Below the pieces are notes generated by a model. It saw only the letters and a list, made by a program, of their open reading frames with translations, searched no databases and was not told where the DNA came from. Below are positions 8,893 through 15,264 of a stretch of 15,264 nt of DNA, piece by piece. This stretch comes from Candidatus Poribacteria bacterium (lineage in GTDB: Bacteria > Poribacteria > WGA-4E > UBA9662): contig JAYGDX010000161.1 of assembly GCA_046582655.1 (NCBI GenBank), positions 1 to 15,264 on the forward strand. Reading direction: 5' to 3'. Numbering within the stretch: the stretch's first letter is position 1; every line of letters starts with the position of its first letter. The position numbers and the translations under genes were made by a program.

Positions 8893-10374
8893 ATGATTAT
8901 AAATGTGTTGAGAATAATAACTACAATGTTTTTATTTGTTGTTTTGGGATTGTTGGTATATGCAGATGAGACCCAAGAACAACAGGTTGAAAGACTAATC
9001 AAACTATTACAGGGTCAGAATGGGGGTGTTCGCAAGAATGCGGCATCGACATTAGGTTCTATAGGAGAAGGTGCAATACATGATAATTCCGTCAAGAAGC
9101 CAGAACTACATAAGCGAATCGTGACGGCTGGTCAGGATAAGATAGCCAAGTCCCAGAATCCACAGAAAGGAAGAGAAGTAGTAATAAAGAAGAGTAAAAA
9201 AGGCTGGATACTGCTGCGCAGCGGCGAACCTTACTACGTGCGTGGGGTTGGAGGCCAGATTCAGCTGCAGTATCTGGCGACCAATGGTGGCAATTCGATC
9301 CGTACCTGGAGAACCGGACCAAAAACCAAAGAACTCATGGATAAGGCGGATAAGCTTGGTCTCACTGTGTGTCTGGGCCTATGGATGGACCATGAGCGCC
9401 ATGGCTTTGACTACAATAATACTGATGCAGTACAACGCCAGTTCAACGCTTTTAAAAAGTATGTTGAAGAATTTAAGGATCATCCTGCCTTGCTAATGTG
9501 GGGTGTTGGTAACGAAGTCGAAACTAACTACACCAATCCCAAAGTATGGGATGCAATGAATGCCATCTGCAAAATGATTAAAAAAGTTGATGGTAAACAC
9601 CCGACCTTGACCGCTTTGGCTTGGCCAAGTAACCACGTGATAAAAGAGATTCTGCAACGTGTTCCCGACGTGGATATTATTGGCCTCAATTCCTATGCTG
9701 GTCTTAAAGACAGCTTGCGTGAAGGCCAGAAACATGGTTGGAAAGGACCAACCATCGTAACCGAATATGGCCCCAACGGTTTCTGGGAAATGCCAAAGAC
9801 CTCTTGGGGAAGCTACCTTGAAATGAACTCGAGTGATAAAGCAAAACTCTATGGTGAACGAACCGATTTAATAAAGAATGACCAGAACTGCCTAGGTGGC
9901 TATGCCTTCTTGTGGGGAGAAAAACAGGAGCGTACCCGCACTTGGTTCAGTCTGATTTTTAACGGTAAAAACATCTCCGCTGGTGTCGACGAGTTGATTA
10001 AGTCGTGGACCAACAAGTACCCACGCAACCAAGCGCCTAACGTTACCAAGCTAGTGGTCAATGACAAATTAGCGGAGAAAAATGTTGAGCTCATGCCGAG
10101 GCAAATCTACGTTGCCAAGGTTAACGTTACAGATGATAGTAGCGAGAAACTAAAATATCAATGGGAACTGCGCCATGAGACCGTCGCACGAAGCATCGGA
10201 GGTGATATCGAGGAGATCCCACCTGAAGTCAAAGGTTCGATCGTTAAGATAGGCACGAATGGTACGCTAAAATTCAAGGCTCCTAACCAGCCCGGCAAGT
10301 ACCGCCTATTCGTCTATGTGGTTGATACTCAGCACAAAATTGGCCACGCTAACTTCCCATTTATTGTGAGGTAA
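8893..10374 (+). CDS. Secreted clan GH-A (GH2-like TIM barrel) glycoside hydrolase with an N-terminal single HEAT repeat
   Basis: Signal peptide; VERLIKLL..VRKNAASTLGSIG (HEAT); GGNSIRTW, HPALLMWGVGNE (acid/base) and IVTEYG (nucleophile); C-terminal beta domain. Confidence 0.88.
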   Translation: MIINVLRIITTMFLFVVLGLLVYADETQEQQVERLIKLLQGQNGGVRKNAASTLGSIGEGAIHDNSVKKPELHKRIVTAGQDKIAKSQNPQKGREVVIKKSKKGWILLRSGEPYYVRGVGGQIQLQYLATNGGNSIRTWRTGPKTKELMDKADKLGLTVCLGLWMDHERHGFDYNNTDAVQRQFNAFKKYVEEFKDHPALLMWGVGNEVETNYTNPKVWDAMNAICKMIKKVDGKHPTLTALAWPSNHVIKEILQRVPDVDIIGLNSYAGLKDSLREGQKHGWKGPTIVTEYGPNGFWEMPKTSWGSYLEMNSSDKAKLYGERTDLIKNDQNCLGGYAFLWGEKQERTRTWFSLIFNGKNISAGVDELIKSWTNKYPRNQAPNVTKLVVNDKLAEKNVELMPRQIYVAKVNVTDDSSEKLKYQWELRHETVARSIGGDIEEIPPEVKGSIVKIGTNGTLKFKAPNQPGKYRLFVYVVDTQHKIGHANFPFIVR

Positions 10375-10684
10375 GCCTCGATGGGTCTTATATTCAGCGA
10401 TGAAGAAAAGGTGTTCAAAACCTGCAACCAACCTTTTCTCGCTTGAGGCAGCAGATTTGTTAGCAATGATCAGAAGCTCACAAACTAGGATGGTCCATGC
10501 TGACACCATTTATTTGTGTGATTTGATTGTTTCGTTATCATCAAGCTAGTCCAGTCTCAACAAAAAACAGGAGTAAATATGGAATCCGCACGTTTCAATA
10601 TTCACGCAAATTATATTTTGCACAAAGGCCTCCCAGTCTCAGCAAACCATAGGATAGGATACGAAATTAGTAGAATCTAGCTGA

Positions 10685-10778
10685 ATCACAAACAGCTATT
10701 AATACCCGCGCAAAAGATAACTCGTGTACGGGGTAATCAGGCGGGTATCAGCACGTGTTTAATAACCCAGTTTGGATT
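10685..10778 (+). mobile_element. MITE-like palindromic element, copy 2 (eroded left arm, core, right arm)
   Basis: ATACCCGC...GCGGGTAT inverted repeat around the shared core; the right arm is the reverse-complement homolog of 1-38. Confidence 0.55.
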
Positions 10779-10852
10779 GGTCACTACCCACTTAATCCTT
10801 CGCAGAACAATCCAATGGGAGTTGTCTCTTACCCCACGAGTCACGCGTACGC

Positions 10853-10918
10853 CACGGCGGTATACACATTACGTCGGATAATTTTCCAGCGCAAAAGAAC
10901 AGGTACCAAGACAGCGTA
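10853..10918 (+). repeat. 66-bp dispersed element, copy 2
   Basis: Gap-free alignment: 56/66 to copy 1 and 55/66 to copy 3. Confidence 0.9.
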
Positions 10919-11180
10919 GCACTGCATTCAGCAAATGAAAGCAAGATATCCCTTCCACAGTTAGCTCCAGAGACCAACCTCTGATCACCTGTATTCCTCA
11001 TGAAACCCTACTAGCCACCATCCCTTTACCCAAATCCGTAATAGTGTTAATATATTTCAACAAAGTGCTGTATATTAGTTTCAATAGGTTAGCAGTATCA
11101 TTCAGCAGGTACTTGATTGACATCGGCAATTCTTATACTCTGCAGATATCATCATTTCACAACACCCATGGAGTCTTTAA

Positions 11181-11243
11181 GCTGAAGTGGTTGACATCCC
11201 TGATGCTAACCTGCGTAAAGCTTTGGAAAAGCCATTGCACTGA
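11181..11243 (+). pseudogene. Internalin-type LRR N-cap fragment
   Basis: AEVVDIPDANLRKALEKPL, in a different frame from the 11044 ORF and bounded by stops. Confidence 0.6.
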
Positions 11244-11271
11244 AGCGAGAACGGAGCTAGGCTCGAAAAGG

Positions 11272-11570
11272 GTGAATAAGGGCGATGGGACTTATACGGC
11301 TACCTATACTGCAGCTAATACTACAGGTACAGCCAAGATCACGGCATTGACCAATATTGGTCAGTTTGCTACTGCTACTATAGATCTGCTGGAGATCCAT
11401 CTGTCACTCTCCACCCCAGCCAATCAGATTGAGGCTGGTGCAACTATGGATCTGACGCTCACTGTCAAAGATAGTAAAGGCAATGTCGTGGTGGATGAGA
11501 CGGTGGAACTGACAGCCGATCAAGGTACAGTTGAATTGACTAATGAGGGTGGTGGCAGTTACAAGGTCAA
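11272..11570 (+). pseudogene. Bacterial Ig-like (Big_1/invasin-type) repeat fragment
   Basis: NKGDGTYTATYTA..GTAKITA and LTLTVKDSKGNVVVDETVELTADQGTV; no credible start or signal peptide. Confidence 0.75.
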
Positions 11571-11758
11571 GGGACTAGAACCCTTTATGAGCTATTACTA
11601 TCTCTTACGCTATTATAGCTGTTTGGGGCCCCAGAATTAAAAAAAGATGCTTAAAAAATGTGTGTTTGCTTATCGCTCTTGCTCATGCTGACTACTGTTG
11701 CGTAGCGCCTATTTTTACTTTGCCAGTCTTCTTATGCACAAAGCCAAATTTTTAAAAA

Positions 11759-11788
11759 TTGACATATATACCAACCGTTTGGTATATT
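11759..11788 (+). promoter_or_regulatory. Sigma70-like promoter with an overlapping palindrome
   Basis: TTGACA-N18-TATATT; perfect inverted repeat ATATACCAA-CCGT-TTGGTATAT at 11766-11787. Confidence 0.6.
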
Positions 11789-12050
11789 TCTTAAAACCGT
11801 TAATTCACGTTCAAAAAATCGTCCTCAAATGCCTGTCGATACGCTGGCAAGCGGCCAGATTGAAACTGAATCATGCATGCAAATAGCGGGCACAGTAAAA
11901 CCCATGGCGACTCCGGGAAGGCAGGCTCGCAACGAGGAGATATTCCGAACGGTGGTGCACCTGCTGTTGTCGGTGGCCTCTTGGTTAAGGAAATCACCTA
12001 CGCGCTGCACTTCGGCAACCTCTACAACTTCTTTTGCGAAAGGAAACGAC

Positions 12051-13235
12051 ATGACGACCATCGCCGAACACGCCGCTGGGGAACTCGACCGTGTCCGCAT
12101 CACCGCCCTCAAGGCCATGGAGCTCAGGAACTCCACCGGACAGAGCTTGGTCAAGGTGGAGACCGACGCCGGCCTCTACGGCGTCGGCGAAGCCGGGGTC
12201 GCCGGACCGGCCTGCCGCGCCAACCTGCAGTGGCTCGAGCGGGTGCTGATCGGCGCCGACCCGCTCAATATCGACAAGCTCTACCACCAGATGATGGGCT
12301 TGCAGCACACCTACCAGGCGCACGTGCCGACCATCAGCGGCGTCGATATCGCGCTGTGGGACCTCTCCGGCAAAATCCTCGGCCGCTCCGTCAGCGAACT
12401 TTTGACCGGCCGCTTCCGCGACCGCGTCGAGATCTATTTCGGCGGCGGCCCACCCGACTGGCAGGACCGCGCCATAATCGACGACTGGGTCGCCCAATTC
12501 CGCGCCCATCCCCACGGCTACCGCACTATCAAATGCGGCTTCCCGTTGCCCGACGATGCACTCTTGTCGCGGCCGTTCGGGTCGGCTGCGCCAAGCCAGT
12601 CGATGAAGCAGAGCGACTTCAAAACCATCAGCGACGGCTTCGCACGCTTCCGCGAGGCTCTGGGCTGGGACCTCGACTTCATCGTCCACTGCCACAACGA
12701 GTGGGACGTGCCGACGGCGATCGGCATTTGCGAGGCGGTGGCGGAGGCCAAACCGCTATGGGTGGAGGATCCGCTGCAGGTGTGGTTTTCCGACGGTTAC
12801 AAGGCATTGCGCGAGGTCGCTCCCGTGCGAATCTGCACCGGCGAGAAAATAGAGGGCTTCCGCGACTTCTTTCCCTATATCACCGAGGGCGCCATCGACG
12901 TCCTGCACCTCGATCTATGCTGGTGCGGCGGCTTGAGCGGTGGCCGCAAAATAGCCGAACTCGCCGATCACTACGGCCTGCCGGTGGCCCTGCACAATTG
13001 CGGCACTCTGGTCCACAACATAGCCAACATCCACTTCGGCGCCTGCGTGCGCAATTTCAGCATGAGCGAGTCGCTGCTCTACGCCCGCGACTACATCGCC
13101 GCAATGGGCGGCCTCGACGGCTACGACTTCGTCGGTGGCAAGATCGCGGTGCCCGACGGACCGGGCCTAGGCATTGAGCTCGTCGACGAGGTCCTGCGTG
13201 CCGAACTCAAGGAGGGCGAGCCCTACTGGGATTGA
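12051..13235 (+). CDS. Mandelate racemase/muconate lactonizing enzyme (enolase superfamily) protein, probably an acid-sugar dehydratase
   Basis: VKVETDAGLYGVGE, ISGVDIALWDLSGK, WVEDP, TGEK and PDGPGLGIEL motifs; AAAGGA RBS before ATG 12051; markedly GC-rich. Confidence 0.92.
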   Translation: MTTIAEHAAGELDRVRITALKAMELRNSTGQSLVKVETDAGLYGVGEAGVAGPACRANLQWLERVLIGADPLNIDKLYHQMMGLQHTYQAHVPTISGVDIALWDLSGKILGRSVSELLTGRFRDRVEIYFGGGPPDWQDRAIIDDWVAQFRAHPHGYRTIKCGFPLPDDALLSRPFGSAAPSQSMKQSDFKTISDGFARFREALGWDLDFIVHCHNEWDVPTAIGICEAVAEAKPLWVEDPLQVWFSDGYKALREVAPVRICTGEKIEGFRDFFPYITEGAIDVLHLDLCWCGGLSGGRKIAELADHYGLPVALHNCGTLVHNIANIHFGACVRNFSMSESLLYARDYIAAMGGLDGYDFVGGKIAVPDGPGLGIELVDEVLRAELKEGEPYWD

Positions 13236-13255
13236 GGGCGCATTGACAATTATAG

Positions 13256-13435
13256 AACGCCACCTATAAGGGAACTGGTGGCAAAGATAAATGGGACGAA
13301 CAAACTGCACCAGTAGGTAGTTTCAAGTCCAATGGTTACGGCTTGCATGATATGGCGGGTAATGTCTGGGAATGGTGTCAGGATTGCTATGATAAAATCA
13401 TATGTAGTTTGTGGGGCGGTTCTTGGGACTTTACT
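13256..13435 (+). pseudogene. Second FGE-sulfatase/CLec fragment, truncated at both ends
   Basis: [54 protein letters not shown]; paralogous to 3719-4111. Confidence 0.85.
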
Positions 13436-13505
13436 TTTGTGAGGGTAAAAAGAAACCTGCACTAGTAGGGTTACAACCAGAAGTTATCAATGCAAACTAA
13501 AATAC

Positions 13506-13575
13506 AAGAGGGGAAGAGTTCGACTCGTCTTGTAAGCGGGAATTTCCCAAAAGCGGATCGAACTCTCCCCCTCTT
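13506..13575. repeat. 18-bp inverted repeat (17/18) forming a long hairpin
   Basis: AAGAGGGGAAGAGTTCGA...TCGAACTCTCCCCCTCTT, with an inner GGGAATTTCCC mini-stem. Confidence 0.8.
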
Positions 13576-13595
13576 AATGTAGGATTGTATGACGT

Positions 13596-13661
13596 CACGG
13601 CGGTACATACAATACGTCGGGTAATTTTCCAACGCAAAAGAACAACTTCAAAAACGGCGTA
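13596..13661 (+). repeat. 66-bp dispersed element, copy 3
   Basis: Gap-free alignment to copies 1 and 2; preceded by ATTGTATG, complementary to the internal CATACAAT. Confidence 0.9.
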
Positions 13662-13696
13662 AAGACCTGCACAGGTTCAACTCCCGTATGGGAGGC

Positions 13697-13728
13697 GGGT
13701 ATCATCTGCCCTGGTTGATACCCTTTTT
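13697..13728 (+). terminator. Intrinsic terminator-like hairpin
   Basis: GGGTATCA-N11-TGATACCC followed by TTTTT. Confidence 0.55.
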
Positions 13729-13780
13729 CTCCTCTACACTAGTCTCTTTCCTTCTTTTTTACACCGAATCACGCTTTGCT

Positions 13781-13904
13781 TACCAATACCAACCCGAAAG
13801 CGATTGGACCTGATATGCGGAAGTATTTCAGCCATTTTAGATTGCTTTCAACCAGCTATAGAATAAAAGCGAGTGTATTAGGAATTTTCAGATTGGTCTT
13901 GGTA
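13781..13904. mobile_element. 124-bp MITE-like element
   Basis: Imperfect terminal inverted repeats TACCAATACCAACCCGAAA / TTTCAGATTGGTCTTGGTA (16/19); non-coding interior. Confidence 0.5.
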
Positions 13905-14183
13905 TGACCGTGTGGGTTGGTGCTGTCAGCTGGGTCGGCTTCCTAAAAATAAGAAGGTGTTATGAAAGAGGGACTATCTAGTCTGTTGACAATTGCCCCA
14001 TCGGGCGCAACTAACTATCACTTAGGCCCAGGTTAAACAGTAGAATTTAAACCTGCTTGGGCACGTCAGTATTGTGTTATGCGAGGTCATTTTAAGAAGT
14101 CATAAGGAGAAGGAGATGGGCAAAAGTATAAGGTTGCCGCTGGGAATCGACCACAGTTACCATATAACCCCAAAGGAGTTGAG

Positions 14184-15200
14184 ATGGCACCTATCAAGCT
14201 TGGCATTGTTGGCCTGGGTCTGGGTCAATGGATGGTGGAAACGGTAAAGAAAATCGAGGGTGCCCAGGTTGTAGCCGCTGCTGAGAATATGCCTGCCCGC
14301 CTGGACAGTATAGGCGGTCCTGAAGCCTATGAGAAGGAAAATGATCTCAGGCTTTACGAAGATGCGGACCAGATGATGGATGATGAGTCGCTGGACGCAA
14401 TCGCACTGGCGGTTATGCCCAAACACCGCCGGGCATTGATCGAATCGGCCGGCAACCGAGGCCTGCCAATGCTGATCGAGAAGCCCTGGGCAGGGAATGT
14501 CAAAAGTGGAAGAGAGCTGGTTGAATTGTGCAACAGTTTTGATCTACCCTGTCAGATCGAATTCCCGATCCGTTGTATGCCTGCAATGGTGCGGTTACGA
14601 GAACTCATGAATGGCGATCTCGGCAATGGGTGGAGGGCCAATGCCAATCTGATGATGAGGTGGTGCCCACCTCCAGGAGCAAAACACTGGGATCCGGAAA
14701 ACCACAATGGGCTTCTTAACGAGTGCTATGTCCATCTTTTTGACACACTGGCATTTTTGCTGGGCAAACCCAAATCAGCCTTCTCATTTGGCGGATCTTT
14801 CAGAGGCAGCCCAATGCCGGATGCTGCCTCGGCAGTCGTTGAGTTTGAATTTGGGGCCTCCGCTTCGCTGACGTGTGGTGCCATTGGTGCTGCTTGTGCC
14901 GATGGCGGCCATCTTCTGGATATCTGGACAGAGAACGGACTGGCACGCATAACCGGAACGCAATGGTTACCAGATACGCTGGAATGGACCCTAAGGGAGG
15001 CCAAAGAATCTACAGTTGAGACGTTTCAAGCGCCTGAGCGAATGACTTTGATGGAGTACAACATGCGTGCATTCTTCAACGCAGTCCGAAGAGGTGACCC
15101 TGTAGCTGCAACGCCAGAAGACGGACTGATTGCAACAGCCATTGCGATGGCCATTCAGGAATCTATTGTTACGGGGAATCGTGTTGCGGTGGACTGTTAG
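14184..15200 (+). CDS. Gfo/Idh/MocA family NAD(P)-dependent oxidoreductase
   Basis: IKLGIVGLGLG Rossmann motif, LIEKP, GLLNECYVHLFD; AAGGAG RBS. Confidence 0.93.
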   Translation: MAPIKLGIVGLGLGQWMVETVKKIEGAQVVAAAENMPARLDSIGGPEAYEKENDLRLYEDADQMMDDESLDAIALAVMPKHRRALIESAGNRGLPMLIEKPWAGNVKSGRELVELCNSFDLPCQIEFPIRCMPAMVRLRELMNGDLGNGWRANANLMMRWCPPPGAKHWDPENHNGLLNECYVHLFDTLAFLLGKPKSAFSFGGSFRGSPMPDAASAVVEFEFGASASLTCGAIGAACADGGHLLDIWTENGLARITGTQWLPDTLEWTLREAKESTVETFQAPERMTLMEYNMRAFFNAVRRGDPVAATPEDGLIATAIAMAIQESIVTGNRVAVDC

Positions 15201-15228
15201 GTAAAAGAAAAACCTGAAAGGGATATTG

Positions 15229-15264
15229 ATGAGACCTTCGGATTCGAATACAACTCATGGCGAC
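15229..15264 (+). CDS. Possible start of the next gene (runs off the window)
   Basis: GAAAGGGA, then ATG with an open frame to the window end (MRPSDSNTTHGD). Confidence 0.3.
   Translation, partial: MRPSDSNTTHGD

Noticed and set aside
10579..10680. 33-aa ORF with a strong AGGAG RBS
   Set aside because: No recognisable homology; could be another truncated gene start, but this cannot be supported.
11044..11640. 198-aa ORF as an intact gene
   Set aside because: Only about 11272-11570 looks like protein, and the upstream part contains an out-of-frame LRR scrap.
11873..13177. 434-aa alternate-frame ORF and the 233-aa antisense ORF 11994-12695
   Set aside because: Shadow frames of a GC-rich gene (the 434-aa one is strongly Arg/Pro-rich); no recognisable motifs.
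13256..13465. Second FGE fragment as the DGR template repeat
   Set aside because: It lacks AAC-rich codons, ends just after GGSW and differs from the first copy at non-A positions.
1..15264. CRISPR array or classical integron
   Set aside because: No regularly spaced repeats, no cas or intI gene, mixed gene orientation and no recurring attC sites.

Overview
A 15.3 kb bacterial patchwork region. Seven apparently intact genes of visibly different base composition are present: an SDR, an APH(6)-like kinase, an ankyrin protein, a secreted PQQ/BamB-type beta-propeller protein, a secreted HEAT+GH2-like glycosidase, a very GC-rich enolase-superfamily enzyme and a Gfo/Idh/MocA oxidoreductase. Between them lie about a dozen abruptly truncated fragments (LamG, ankyrin, CocE, two FGE/CLec, coiled-coil tail, LRR cap, Ig-like repeat, IS701 and IS1 remnants, MITE-like elements). 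The fragment repertoire is reminiscent of Candidatus Poribacteria (inference only). No integrase, recombinase, reverse transcriptase, CRISPR array, tRNA or rRNA was seen. The most unusual non-coding signals are three gap-free copies of a 66-bp element at mosaic junctions, two copies of a 28-bp palindrome heading secretion leaders that look grafted onto foreign gene bodies, and an FGE C-terminus with the codon signature of a DGR variable region. Family calls come from motif recognition by eye, and chimeric assembly cannot be excluded.
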